From: Candidatus Binatia bacterium
Lineage (GTDB): Bacteria; Desulfobacterota; Binatia; HRBIN30
NCBI GenBank assembly: GCA_038245295.1
Contig: JBBRSP010000006.1
Span: 186,006 to 250,005 of the forward strand
Direction of reading: 5' to 3'
DNA length: 64,000 nucleotides
Shown: piece by piece, positions 46,580 to 57,128 of the stretch
How the letters are laid out: the number at the start of each line of letters is the position of its first letter
How positions within the stretch are numbered: the first letter of the stretch is position 1
The notes under the pieces: model-generated
Database searches by the model: none
What the model saw: only the letters and a program-made list of their open reading frames with translations
Told to the model about the DNA's origin: nothing
Position numbers and translations under genes: made by a program

Positions 46580-47950
46580 ATGGTTCAGGCCGGTTTTGCG
46601 CTCGTGAGATCACCGGAGACGCGGATCGCCATCGTTGGCGCCGGTGCTGCCGGTTTGTCGACTGCCTGGTTTCTCAAGCAGAGCGGCTTCGTACACGTCA
46701 CCGTCTTCGAATCGGATGATCGCATCGGCGGCAAGTGTAAGTCGCTGACCTACGACGGCCGCTCGTTCGACCTGGGCGCCAACTATATTACCTCCAGTTA
46801 CGCTCAGGTGCGTGCGCTCGCCGCCAAGTTTGGCCTCACCATGTTCACCGAACACCCCGGCCACGCGCTCGATCCGCAGACCGGCAAGCTGAGTTCGTTG
46901 CTCACCGCCACGACACAGGGGCACAGCATCTTCGCCGTCGGCTGGGCTGCCCTGCGTTATCTCTTCCACCGCTGGCGACTGCGTAATCTGCTGGCGCCCA
47001 ACGCGCCCGGCTTTCTGGCGGCCAGCAGCCGCGACGACCTGTGCGGCCCACTCAGCGACTGGCTCGAGAAGCGCCACCTCGAATGTCTCGAACCGATGTT
47101 CAACGTGCCGATCACGCTGATGGGCTACTCCAAGCTGCGCGTCATCCCGGCCGCCTACGCGTTGACCTACATGAACCCGCGCACCTTCCTCGATCTCATG
47201 TTGTTTGCGCTCAATCCGCCCGGACGCGCCTGGCCGAAGCGCTTCACACTCGGCTACGAGCGCCTGTGGGAACGTGTCGCCGCCGAAATTGCCGTGCTGC
47301 GCGGCGCCCAGATCACTCGCATCCAGCGCGGCGATCGCATCGCCATCGACTTCGAGCTCGAAGCAACACAACTCACCGGTAGCACCGTCGACCGCCACCA
47401 CGACGACTTCGACGTGCTCATCCTCGCCTGCCCGCTCGAACCGTCCGTCGTCGGCCCATTCCTCGACCTGAGCGCGGCAGAGCTGGCGCTGTTCCAACAG
47501 ATCGAGCTCGATCCGTTTGTCGTCACCACCTACCCGACGTCTTGCAAGACGCCGGTGCACGCCGTCTCGTTCTTGTTCCCGCGGCCTGACATCGGTCATC
47601 CTTACGTCGTGACGCAGCAGTTTGCCGACACACCACTGCTGTCGATCTACTCGCGCATCGATCGCAAAGGCACAGTGACGCGCGACGAAGTTCTCCAGAA
47701 CAACCGCGAGCTACTGCGCACCATCGGCGCCAACGATCCCGACGTCGAGCTCTACACCTACGACGAGTTCCCCTACTTCCCGCACGTCACCAGCGACTCC
47801 ATGCGCCAGGGCTTCTATCGCCAACTCGAAGGCTTGCAGGGGAAGCGCAGCACGTACTACGTCGGCGGTCTGCTCGCCTTCGAGCTGGTCGAGACGATCG
47901 CGGAATACTCGCGCCATCTGGTGGCGACGCATTTCGGAGGCCCACAGTGA
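46580..47950 (+). CDS. FAD-dependent oxidoreductase, polyunsaturated fatty acid isomerase (PAI)-like
   Basis: RIAIVGAGAAGL, RIGGKC, FDLGA, YFPHV...LQGKRSTYYVG. Confidence 0.85.
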   Translation: MVQAGFALVRSPETRIAIVGAGAAGLSTAWFLKQSGFVHVTVFESDDRIGGKCKSLTYDGRSFDLGANYITSSYAQVRALAAKFGLTMFTEHPGHALDPQTGKLSSLLTATTQGHSIFAVGWAALRYLFHRWRLRNLLAPNAPGFLAASSRDDLCGPLSDWLEKRHLECLEPMFNVPITLMGYSKLRVIPAAYALTYMNPRTFLDLMLFALNPPGRAWPKRFTLGYERLWERVAAEIAVLRGAQITRIQRGDRIAIDFELEATQLTGSTVDRHHDDFDVLILACPLEPSVVGPFLDLSAAELALFQQIELDPFVVTTYPTSCKTPVHAVSFLFPRPDIGHPYVVTQQFADTPLLSIYSRIDRKGTVTRDEVLQNNRELLRTIGANDPDVELYTYDEFPYFPHVTSDSMRQGFYRQLEGLQGKRSTYYVGGLLAFELVETIAEYSRHLVATHFGGPQ

Positions 47951-49725
47951 GACCCCACCTCTGGTTCCGCCGCGGCAGCTACGGGCTCATCGCCCTGGCC
48001 GTCATCCATTTTCTCAGCAACCGTCACGGCCTGCCGATCTCCGTCGACGACCCGGCCGGCCGCGAGCTGTTGCGCCTGATGGCCGACTACAAGATCAACT
48101 TCTTCGGCATCGAACGCAGCATCGACGCAACCATTGACGGCTTCATCCTGAGCTGGGGCTTCCTGCTGCTGTGTGTCGCCGCCATCAACCTGTCGATCGT
48201 CAATCGCGGCACAGCGGTCGAGCCACCCGCCTCTCTCAAACTGATCAACATCGTCACCTGGGGATTATGCGCCGTGGTCGCCGTGTTCTTGTGGAGTTGG
48301 CCGCAAGCACTGATCCTCGGCTGCATCACACTCGCCTTCGTCGTCTCGGCCTGGCCGCAGGTGTCGCCGAGCCACGCCGCGCCGCCAGCGACACCCCGCG
48401 CCGATCCGCGCATCGCCATCATCGGCGCCGGCGCCGCCGGCCTCAGCGCCGCCTGGGCTCTCAAGAAGAAGGGGTACTCGAACGTAACCGTCTTCGAAAA
48501 GGCCGATCGGGTTGGCGGCAAGTGCGTCACCTTTGAATACGAGGGACACGCCATCGACCTGGCGGCGCACGAAATGCTCGCCGGGTACACCGACGTGATG
48601 CGCATCGCCGACGACGTCGGCGCGCCGACGCAGGGTTGGCAGGACGTGCTCGTCTACGATCGCGCTTCGCAACGCTTCCTCGACATCATGAGCGCCAGTA
48701 CCACCGGCGGGTATTCGACCCTACAGGTCGCCGGTGCGTCGCTGCGGTACACGTGGATGTTGTTGACCCGCTACCGCAACTTCGCGCGGCCGGGCACCGG
48801 GCTTGCCGAGGCTCCCGACGAGTTGTTCCAGCCGGTCGGCTCGTGGCTGAACGCCATGCGCCTCGACGCGCTGCAGGTCATCGTCACCTTCGTCATGCAG
48901 GTGCAGGGCTATGGGCGCATGGACGAAGTACCGGCCGCCTACTTCGTCAAGTTTCAGGGACTACGGAACTGGGTATCGAACGTCCTGCACAACATCGGCA
49001 TCATGCACGGCTGGCCGCGCGTGTTCTCGCGTGGCTTCCAGGATCTCTGGGATCGTGTCGCGGCCAACCTCGACATCCGTTTCAACAGCCAGATCGTTTC
49101 GATCGAACGCCAGCTGAAGCCGGGCGCCGCGGTGACTGGCGTCAACATCTCCCTGCTCGGTCAGGAGGCTGAGCAGTTCGATGCGCTCATCCTCGCCACA
49201 CCGCTCGATCGACCAACCCTGCAGGGCCTCGGCCTCGATCTTTCCGAACAGGAGAGCCGACTGTCAGCGCAGGTGCGCTACCACACGTTCGTCACGACGG
49301 CGTGTCGGGTTGAAGGACTGCCGGCCGGCGTCGTCGGGACGATTCCGCTGCCGGGCATGCTTGAATACACGGGCTACATCAAAGTGTATAAAGATTGTGA
49401 CGTCGCCGTGTTCTTCTCCGTGGCGCCGACACCCACACCGGACCTCGACGACATTTACCGTCGCATCTGCGCAACCGTCGCGGCAATTCCGCCCGGCCAG
49501 GGCACACAGCCACGCGTCGTCGAGCGTGTGCGACAACAGGCGTGGCCGTATTTTCCGCATCCCGAGACCACCGCCATGGCCGCCGGCTACTTCGTCGAAC
49601 TGCAAGCGCTACAGGGCGTGCGCCAGACATTTTACGCCGGCTCGCTGTTGGAGATGGAAACCGTCGGTAATACCGTCGCCAATGCGCTGTACCTGATCGA
49701 GCAGCAGTTCCCGCCACGCCAGTGA
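47947..49725 (+). CDS. Membrane domain fused to a PAI-like FAD oxidoreductase
   Basis: About four N-terminal TM segments, then RIAIIGAGAAGL, RVGGKC, WPYFPH...LQGVRQTFYAG. Confidence 0.85.
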   Translation: MRPHLWFRRGSYGLIALAVIHFLSNRHGLPISVDDPAGRELLRLMADYKINFFGIERSIDATIDGFILSWGFLLLCVAAINLSIVNRGTAVEPPASLKLINIVTWGLCAVVAVFLWSWPQALILGCITLAFVVSAWPQVSPSHAAPPATPRADPRIAIIGAGAAGLSAAWALKKKGYSNVTVFEKADRVGGKCVTFEYEGHAIDLAAHEMLAGYTDVMRIADDVGAPTQGWQDVLVYDRASQRFLDIMSASTTGGYSTLQVAGASLRYTWMLLTRYRNFARPGTGLAEAPDELFQPVGSWLNAMRLDALQVIVTFVMQVQGYGRMDEVPAAYFVKFQGLRNWVSNVLHNIGIMHGWPRVFSRGFQDLWDRVAANLDIRFNSQIVSIERQLKPGAAVTGVNISLLGQEAEQFDALILATPLDRPTLQGLGLDLSEQESRLSAQVRYHTFVTTACRVEGLPAGVVGTIPLPGMLEYTGYIKVYKDCDVAVFFSVAPTPTPDLDDIYRRICATVAAIPPGQGTQPRVVERVRQQAWPYFPHPETTAMAAGYFVELQALQGVRQTFYAGSLLEMETVGNTVANALYLIEQQFPPRQ

Positions 49726-52700
49726 TGTCGCGCCGCCTTGCCACCTTGATTCTTCTGATCACCGTTGCCGCGCCCGCCGCGGCGGCGACGGTAGTGCTCG
49801 GACCAACCGACAGCGAACGCAACATCGGTGCGCAGGTCGAGTTCTACCGCGACTCCTCGCAACACGAGACGATCGACACGGTCCAGTCCCTGCCCTTCCA
49901 GGGGCATGGCTCCCAGAACCTGAGCTTCGGCTTTACGAACGATGCCATCTGGGTGCGCTTCTCGGTGCGTGCCGACTACGACGCCGAGCGCGAATGGTTC
50001 CTGGAGATCGACCACCCATTGCACGATCGCGTCGAGCTCTACTCGGCGACGCCTAGCGGTTGGCAACGCAAGCTCAGTGGCGACATGGTCGCCGAGGGCG
50101 ACAAGCCCTTGAACATGCGCAGCATCGTCTTCCCGCTGCCGCTGCAACCACAGCAGGGCGCGACGTATTACCTGCGCATCGTCAGCGGCAACAGCATCGT
50201 CGTGCCGGTCGTGCTCATCGAAAAGTCGCGCTATCTGAGTCGCTCGGCCAATATCGAGCTCGCCTTCGGGCTGTTCTACGGCAGCCTGCTCATCATGGTG
50301 CTGTTCAACCTGGCGCTGTACGTATCGCTGCGCGACAGCAGCTACCTGCTGTACTCGGCAGCCGTGTTGTCGACGACATTGTTCCAAGCGACGTTGTCGG
50401 GCCACGCCATGCATTACTTGTGGCCGCACAACGCCGACCTCAGCAATCCCGTCTCGCTGTATGCGCTGATTGCCACCATCGCCATGGGGCTGTGGTTCTC
50501 GATGCGCTTTCTCGACTCGCGGCTTCACTTGCCGTTCTGGCATTGGGCGATGGTTAGCCTGGCCGTGCTCTCACTGCTCTTGGCACCGCTTGATTGGATC
50601 AAAGGATACACCTCGGCGATCGGCGCCGGCGCGATGCTCTCGGTGGTAAGCGCCAGCGTCGGTCTCATCGCCGGCATCGCATCGATACGCACGGGTGTGC
50701 CGTCGGCGCGCCTGTACGTTCTGGCGCGTTCCGGCTTTTGCATTGGCTCGGTGCTGACGGCTGGCCGCCAGCTTGGTGCGTTTCCCGACATGTTCCTCAC
50801 CGAGCACGGGATGCGCATCGGCAGCCTGCTCGAAACCGTGCTGCTCGCCTTCGCCTTGAGCGACCGATACAACGCGCTACGCGCCGAGAAAGAGGCGGCG
50901 CAGAAGCAGGTCGCCGACGAACTGTTGCGTCTCGACAGCCTCAAAGACGAGATCCTCGCCAATACCTCGCACGAGCTGCGCACGCCGCTGCAGGGTATCA
51001 TCGGCCTGTCGGAGTCGATGCTCGACGGAGCTGCCGGCGACATGAGTGCGGCGGCGCAGAACAATCTCTCGATGATGGTGGCGAGTGGCCAGCGCCTGGC
51101 GCGTCTGGTCGACGACATCCTCGATTTCTCGCGGCTGAAGACCAAAGACCTGCATCTCGACCCGAAACCTGTCGACCTTCGCGTCGCGGTCGACGTCGTG
51201 GTGACCCTGATGCAGCCGCTGCTGCGCGATCGTCCGGTTCGCCTGATCAACGACCTGCCGCCGGGCCTGCCGGCCGTCCTCGCCGACGAGGCGCGCTTGC
51301 AGCAGATCCTCAACAACCTGATCGGTAACGCCGTGAAGTTTACCGACGAAGGCGAGGTGCGTATCAGCGCCGGCCGTGAGAACGGCGACGTGCGCATCGA
51401 CGTCACCGACACCGGCATCGGTATTCCGCCGGAGGCACAGGGGCGGATCTTCGAGGCGTTCGAGCAGGGCGAAGGCGACGCGGCGCGTCTGCGCGGCGGC
51501 ACCGGCCTGGGCTTGTCGGTGACGCGCAGCCTCGTCGAGCTGCTCGGCGGGCGTATCTTCGTGAGGTCCGAGGTCGGTCGCGGTTCGACGTTCAGCTTCA
51601 CCATGCCCACCTCCTCCGTCGCCGCCGAACAGGTAAAGACGACCGCGCTTCCAGCCACGGTCCGCAGTTTTGCATCGGGGACCGCACACGACACGGCCGA
51701 ACCTGACGCGTCGTTGATCAGCCCCGATATAGACCGCCGCATCCGCATCCTCGTCGTCGATGACGAGCCGGTCAACCAGCAGGTGCTTTCGAATCACTTG
51801 AGCCTGGCGCGTTACTCCGTGGTGCAGGCGATGAATGGCCATGAGGCGCTGCAGCTGATAGAGTCGGGAGCGCCCTTCGATCTCGTGTTGCTCGACGTCA
51901 TGATGCCGCGCATGTCAGGCTACGAAGTGTGCGAGAAGATCCGGCGTACGCATCTCGCGACCGAGCTGCCGGTCATCATGGTGACCGCCAAGACGCGTGC
52001 CGATGACCTCGTCACCGGCCTCAGCGTCGGCGCCAACGATTACATTGGCAAGCCGTTCTCAAAGCAGGAGCTGTTGGCGCGCATCAAGACACATCTGAGC
52101 TTGCTGAAGATCAACACCGCCTACGGGAACTTTGTCCCCCACGAGTTTCTGCGCCAGCTCGGCAAGGACAGTATCGTCGACGTCGATCTCGGCGATAATG
52201 TCGAGCTCGACGTGGCGGTGCTGATGTCCGACATTCGCGGCTTCACGACCCTGGCCGAGACCATGACACCGGCCGAGAACTTCGACTTCATCAACGGTTA
52301 CTTCGGGCGCATGGGCCCGGTGATCCGCGAACACGACGGCTTCATCAACAGCTTCATCGGCGACGCCATCTTGGCGTTGTTCCTGCGCGGTGCCGACAAC
52401 GCGCTGGCGGCGGCGCTGGCGTCGTCGCGAAGGCTTGATCTCTACAACGAAGAACGCCTGACGCGCGGGCGCGCGCCGATCAACGCCGGCTTTGGCGTGC
52501 ACCTCGGCACCGTGCGGCTCGGCGTGGTCGGCGAAGTACGGCGGCGCCAAGGCGAGGTGTTCTCCGACGCCGTCAATCTCACCAGCCGCATCGAAGGGCT
52601 CACCAAACGTTACGGATCACGCATCATCATCAGTGCCGACGCCAAGGCGCAAGTGACGAACCAGGCCTACTCGTTTCGCTGGCTCGACCGGGTGCAGGTG

Positions 52701-52940
52701 CGCGGCCGGCGCCAGCAGATCGACATCTACGAAGTGCTCGATTGTGTTGCCGACCGCGGACTGCGCGAAGCGTCGCGTGCCGAGTTCGAGGCCGGCGTCG
52801 AGCTCGCACGGCGCGGCGACCACGAGGCAGCGCTCGAGCGCTTTGTCGAGGTTCTGCGACACAACCCGGCCGATCATCCGGCGCGTTATCATCGCGACGA
52901 AGCGGCGCAGCGGGTTTCGGGAGCGATGCGTGGGGGCTGA
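49722..52940 (+). CDS. Hybrid sensor: 7TM-DISM, histidine kinase, receiver, class III cyclase
   Basis: FGFTNDAIW, seven TM segments, SHELRTPL, NAVKFT, GGTGLGL, LLDVMMP, SDIRGFT, GDA, VNLTSR. Confidence 0.93.
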   Translation: MMSRRLATLILLITVAAPAAAATVVLGPTDSERNIGAQVEFYRDSSQHETIDTVQSLPFQGHGSQNLSFGFTNDAIWVRFSVRADYDAEREWFLEIDHPLHDRVELYSATPSGWQRKLSGDMVAEGDKPLNMRSIVFPLPLQPQQGATYYLRIVSGNSIVVPVVLIEKSRYLSRSANIELAFGLFYGSLLIMVLFNLALYVSLRDSSYLLYSAAVLSTTLFQATLSGHAMHYLWPHNADLSNPVSLYALIATIAMGLWFSMRFLDSRLHLPFWHWAMVSLAVLSLLLAPLDWIKGYTSAIGAGAMLSVVSASVGLIAGIASIRTGVPSARLYVLARSGFCIGSVLTAGRQLGAFPDMFLTEHGMRIGSLLETVLLAFALSDRYNALRAEKEAAQKQVADELLRLDSLKDEILANTSHELRTPLQGIIGLSESMLDGAAGDMSAAAQNNLSMMVASGQRLARLVDDILDFSRLKTKDLHLDPKPVDLRVAVDVVVTLMQPLLRDRPVRLINDLPPGLPAVLADEARLQQILNNLIGNAVKFTDEGEVRISAGRENGDVRIDVTDTGIGIPPEAQGRIFEAFEQGEGDAARLRGGTGLGLSVTRSLVELLGGRIFVRSEVGRGSTFSFTMPTSSVAAEQVKTTALPATVRSFASGTAHDTAEPDASLISPDIDRRIRILVVDDEPVNQQVLSNHLSLARYSVVQAMNGHEALQLIESGAPFDLVLLDVMMPRMSGYEVCEKIRRTHLATELPVIMVTAKTRADDLVTGLSVGANDYIGKPFSKQELLARIKTHLSLLKINTAYGNFVPHEFLRQLGKDSIVDVDLGDNVELDVAVLMSDIRGFTTLAETMTPAENFDFINGYFGRMGPVIREHDGFINSFIGDAILALFLRGADNALAAALASSRRLDLYNEERLTRGRAPINAGFGVHLGTVRLGVVGEVRRRQGEVFSDAVNLTSRIEGLTKRYGSRIIISADAKAQVTNQAYSFRWLDRVQVRGRRQQIDIYEVLDCVADRGLREASRAEFEAGVELARRGDHEAALERFVEVLRHNPADHPARYHRDEAAQRVSGAMRGG

Positions 52941-53008
52941 CCTGCACCGCCGCGAGTGACACCGTGCTCGACCGCGACTGTCACCTTTGACGGCCGCGCC
53001 AGTTCGCC

Positions 53009-53032
53009 GGGCGGTTCCCGAACCGCCCCTAC
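53009..53032. repeat. GTAG-type REP, family B
   Basis: GGGCGGTTCCCGAACCGCCCCTAC; inverted copy at 63388-63411. Confidence 0.7.
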
Positions 53033-53083
53033 AACAACCACAGAGGTGGCGTCGCGAGCCGCAGAAGTGGTAGGAGGCGCGAC

Positions 53084-55126
53084 ATGAAGATTTGGCTGTT
53101 GCGGTTCACCCTGGTTTTGGGCCTGGCAATCCTGGTTGCCGGCTGCGGCGACGACGACAACAACACTGCGACGGCGGCGACACCGACGCCGGTGCCGGTT
53201 GATCTGGCGACGCTCGGCGTCGACGCGACGACGCAGGAGCGCTGCGATCCGATCGGCAGCGCCTGCTTGTTGCCGCTGCCGAACGATCACTTCACGGTGG
53301 AAGACAACACGACACCGACCAAGCGCCGCCTGGCGTTATCGGTCGACTCGTTGCCGGCCAATGTGCGCCGCACGCACATCGACCCCACCGATCAGAATCG
53401 TGCCGATGGCTGGAGTCCCGGCTCGGCTCTGTTCGTCGCCTTTGCCGGGCTCGATGCCGAGAAGTCGAAGCTGCCGGGCCTGGTGGATTCACGACGATCT
53501 CTGGCCGCCGACTCGCCGATCATCGTGTTCGACGCGACCAGCGGCACCCGCCATCCCTTCTGGGCCGAGATCGATGCGAATGCCGATCCCGATGAAGTGC
53601 CTGTCTTGCTCATCCATCCATTGAAGAACTTCCCGGACGGGCATCGTATCGTCGTTGGACTACGCCAGCTCGTCGACACGAGCGGCCACAGCATCACGAC
53701 GCCGAAGGCGTTCGCCGCCTATCGCGATCATCAAACGACATCCGACGCGACGTTCGAAACGCGTCGCGCCGCCATGGAGCGCATTTTCACCGACCTCGCC
53801 AAAGCGGGGGTGCGACGCAGCGACCTGCAACTGGCGTGGGATTTCAGTGTCGCCAGTGCGCACAGTCTTGCCGGTCGCATGCTGGCCATCCGCGACGATG
53901 CCTTTGCCCAGCTGGGCAACACCGCGCCGACGTTCCGCATTGACACGACCACGGACAACCCCAACACGGAGGTGGCGCGGCGCATCGAAGGCAGCTTCGA
54001 TATGCCCCTTTACCTGACCAACAGCGGCAAGCCGCGCGGACGTTTCGTGCTCGACAGCAATGGCCTGCCGACGCGTCAGCCCGGCACCTTCACGGCGCAG
54101 TTTATCTGCAACCTGCCGCCATCGAGCGCCACGACGCCGGCGCGCATGTCATTGTATGGGCACGGGCTGCTCGGTTCGCGCGACGAGGTCAACGGCGGCC
54201 TGACGCGTCGCATGTCCGCAGATTACAACATCGCCTACTGCGCCACTGACTGGTACGGCATGGCGGAGGACGACGTCGACAACGCCATCGCCGTGCTGGG
54301 CGACCTCTCCAAGTTCCCGACGATGGGCGACCGCATCCAGCAAGGGTTTCTGGCCTTCTTGTATCTCGGACGGCTGATGAAACATCCGGAAGGGTTTAGC
54401 GCCAACGACGCGTTCCGTTTCAACGGACAATCGGCGCTGAAGATCGACGAGCTCTACTTCGACGGCAACAGCCAGGGCTCGATCCTGGGCAGCGGGCTGA
54501 CGGCGGTGGCGCAGGACTTTACGCGCTCCGTGCTCGCCGAGGCGGGGATGAACTACGCGCTGCTACTCGATCGCAGCGTCGACTTCGACGAGTACCTCGA
54601 CGCCGTGCTCAAGCCGTCGTACCCGCATCGCTTCGATCGCCTCATCGGTCTGATGGCAGCGCAGCTGCTGTGGGATCGCGGCGAAGGCGACGGTTACGCC
54701 AATCACATCACCAGCGATCCACTGCCGGGCACGCCGCGGCACGACGTGTTGTTACTCGGCGCGGTCGGTGATCATCAGGTGACCGAGTACAGCTTGCGGG
54801 TCGAAGCCGCGACGATGGGTGTCCCGGCGCACGTGCCGATCGCCGGAGCCGGACGTGTCAACGAGGCCGAACCCGGCTGGCTGCTAACGCCGATCACGAC
54901 ATACCCGCATCATGGTTCGGCGTATGTGCTTTGGGATACCGGTTCACCAAGCTCGCCGATCAGCAACACGCCACCGCGCCCAGGCCATGATCCGCACGAC
55001 GATACGCCGAATATCCCGGGCGTGCGCAAGTTGAAGGACGAGTTCTGGCACTCCGATGGAGCCATCGAGTCGCCGTGCGGCAGCAGTGCGTGCACCGCGC
55101 CAATTCCGCCGGAGAACGCGGATTGA
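53084..55126 (+). CDS. Lipoprotein with alpha/beta-hydrolase (lipase-like) domain
   Basis: Lipobox VAGC; YGHGLLG; nucleophile elbow GNSQG; late D and H. Confidence 0.8.
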   Translation: MKIWLLRFTLVLGLAILVAGCGDDDNNTATAATPTPVPVDLATLGVDATTQERCDPIGSACLLPLPNDHFTVEDNTTPTKRRLALSVDSLPANVRRTHIDPTDQNRADGWSPGSALFVAFAGLDAEKSKLPGLVDSRRSLAADSPIIVFDATSGTRHPFWAEIDANADPDEVPVLLIHPLKNFPDGHRIVVGLRQLVDTSGHSITTPKAFAAYRDHQTTSDATFETRRAAMERIFTDLAKAGVRRSDLQLAWDFSVASAHSLAGRMLAIRDDAFAQLGNTAPTFRIDTTTDNPNTEVARRIEGSFDMPLYLTNSGKPRGRFVLDSNGLPTRQPGTFTAQFICNLPPSSATTPARMSLYGHGLLGSRDEVNGGLTRRMSADYNIAYCATDWYGMAEDDVDNAIAVLGDLSKFPTMGDRIQQGFLAFLYLGRLMKHPEGFSANDAFRFNGQSALKIDELYFDGNSQGSILGSGLTAVAQDFTRSVLAEAGMNYALLLDRSVDFDEYLDAVLKPSYPHRFDRLIGLMAAQLLWDRGEGDGYANHITSDPLPGTPRHDVLLLGAVGDHQVTEYSLRVEAATMGVPAHVPIAGAGRVNEAEPGWLLTPITTYPHHGSAYVLWDTGSPSSPISNTPPRPGHDPHDDTPNIPGVRKLKDEFWHSDGAIESPCGSSACTAPIPPENAD

Positions 55127-55202
55127 CTTCGTCGGCTTAGTACTCCGGTTCATTAGTTCGGCGACGCATTTCCCGGCTGTTCAGAAGCATTGGGCTAACG
55201 CG

Positions 55203-55280
55203 CCGCAGGCTGAAGCCTGCGCCTACCAGACTGAGTACGCACCCTAAAGCGGATCGGTAGGCGCAGGCTTTAGACTGCGG
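55203..55280. repeat. Inverted REP doublet (family A)
   Basis: Copies at 55203-55228 and 55256-55280 between convergent genes. Confidence 0.8.
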
Positions 55281-55322
55281 AGGCCGGTTGCGGATACGTC
55301 AGCGCATTTGTGCCGAACAGTA

Positions 55323-56252
55323 CTAAGCCTGTGACGAGGCAAAACGCTCGGTTTCCGCGGCGATGAAGCCGACGATCGCCGAGCGCTGCAGGATCGGCAG
55401 CAGGGCGTCGGCCAAGAGCTCGGCAAGCGCCCTGCCCTTCTCGTCGAGGTGTAGCAGGTCGCCGACCTTCTTGTGGCGCACTACCGCGTAGAGGTCGTCG
55501 AACAGCGCCAACAGCGCGACACGCGCTAGCCCGTCGACCTCGTCGCTATGGACGATGGAGCGCGCCAGGGCTTCGGCTTGCTCGTGCTGGCGCACCGAGA
55601 TGACACTGATGTAGTTGGCGATCGGCTCGTTCAAGATCTGTTGGGCGATCATGCGGCTGAGGTCGTGGGCCACCTGTTGGTTATCGCGGCTGATGACGAA
55701 GGCGACGATGCGTTCCTGCAGCATCGGCAGGAAGCCGCGGATGAACGACTTGATCTGCCCTTCGAGGCTGCGCATCGCGAAGTTACCGAACAATGGGTTG
55801 ACGCGTTGGTAGAACGCTACGAGCGCCGTGAACACAAGGTCGGTGAGCAAGCGGCTGACGAACTCCTGATGCACCAGGCGCTCGAGTGCCGCTTCGGCTT
55901 CCGGCGACGGCTCGGCGTCCTGGGTCAATAACGCCTCGAGATGTTTCGCCACCGACGTGCCGAGCAGCGTGTGCAGCGGCTCCTGCTGGCGCTCGAGACG
56001 CGCCACGGCGCGCCGCTGTACCTGGACGATGGCGGCGGCGGCGGCGTCCGCCTGCACGACGTGACGGTCCCAAGCTTCGACGATCCGACGCAACTCCTTG
56101 GGCTCGACGAGCTCCTCGACGCGCAACTTGGCGACGGCGTGTAGCTCCGTCGTGATCAGGACGCTGAGTTGTTTGCGGAAGTCCTTCGATCGCAGCCGCT
56201 TGCTCCAATACGTGGAGGCGGCAGAAGGTTTGCTGGCGCGGGGTTTCGGCAT
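55323..56252 (-). CDS. Hypothetical helical protein
   Basis: Long ORF; likely start MPKPRASK at 56252. Confidence 0.7.
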   Translation of the reverse strand: MPKPRASKPSAASTYWSKRLRSKDFRKQLSVLITTELHAVAKLRVEELVEPKELRRIVEAWDRHVVQADAAAAAIVQVQRRAVARLERQQEPLHTLLGTSVAKHLEALLTQDAEPSPEAEAALERLVHQEFVSRLLTDLVFTALVAFYQRVNPLFGNFAMRSLEGQIKSFIRGFLPMLQERIVAFVISRDNQQVAHDLSRMIAQQILNEPIANYISVISVRQHEQAEALARSIVHSDEVDGLARVALLALFDDLYAVVRHKKVGDLLHLDEKGRALAELLADALLPILQRSAIVGFIAAETERFASSQA

Positions 56253-56367
56253 CAAGGTGTCATTCTGTGCGGTTGCGACCCGATTGTACAGAGTGCGAAT
56301 GTAGCCAGCCTCGCCATGCCTTCGCGAGGATGACGGATTGCTTTCCGATTTGATTTTCTCGGCAGTC

Positions 56368-56898
56368 TCAGCGGCCGGGTTCCAGTGCCTTGAGACGCAC
56401 GATCTCGGCGGCGACACGCGTCGCATCCTGCGACGGATCGACATCGTGCTCGACCTGGCGAATCTTGAGGTCCGGGCCAATGAGAAACGTCCAACGCTTC
56501 GACATGTTTAGCCCAAACATCTTCGTGTCATAGAGATCGATCACCGAGCCGTCGGCATCGGCCAGCAGCGTGAACGTCAGCTGCTGGGCTTTGTGAAAGT
56601 CGTCCTGCACTTCGACGGTGTCTTGACTGATACCGAAGATGTCCGCGCCGGCGGCACGGATGGCCTCCGTGTTGTCACGGTAGGCTTGCGCCTCTTTCGT
56701 ACAACCGCTGGTTCCAGACTTGGGATAGAAATACAGAATGGTCCATTTCCCCTGGCGCGATGCGAGGTCGAAGGTCTTGCCGGTATGAGTCTTCGTCTTG
56801 AACAACGGCGCGCTGTCGCCCGCCTTGAGCTCGGCGGCCCAGGCGGCGGGGGCAAGAAGTACACAGAGCAAGCTTACCAACGCAGCGATCGATCTCAT
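56368..56898 (-). CDS. Peroxiredoxin (BCP/PrxQ family) with signal peptide
   Basis: LYFYPKSGTSGCTKEA, GIS, RWTFLI. Confidence 0.92.
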   Translation of the reverse strand: MRSIAALVSLLCVLLAPAAWAAELKAGDSAPLFKTKTHTGKTFDLASRQGKWTILYFYPKSGTSGCTKEAQAYRDNTEAIRAAGADIFGISQDTVEVQDDFHKAQQLTFTLLADADGSVIDLYDTKMFGLNMSKRWTFLIGPDLKIRQVEHDVDPSQDATRVAAEIVRLKALEPGR

Positions 56899-56941
56899 TT
56901 GTCCTCCGTATCCGTACTCGGAATCAGCGATGCTCGGCTGA

Positions 56942-57107
56942 CCGCAGGCTAAAGCCTGCGCCTACCATTGCAGAATCCTCAAGTACAATGGAACCGGTAG
57001 GCGCAGGCTTTAGCCTGCGGAGCCCGCGAGTTCATCGGCGCATCTGCTGCGAACCCTCACCCCGACCCTCTCCCGTCATCCGCGTGTCTGCCCGATGCGG
57101 GAGAGGG
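56942..57107. repeat. REP doublet (family A) plus CCCTCACCCCGACCCTCTCCC...GGGAGAGGG palindromic repeat (family C)
   Basis: Family A at 56942 and 56996; family C at 57054-57107. Confidence 0.78.
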
Positions 57108-57128
57108 GGCACTTCGTTTCAAATCCTG

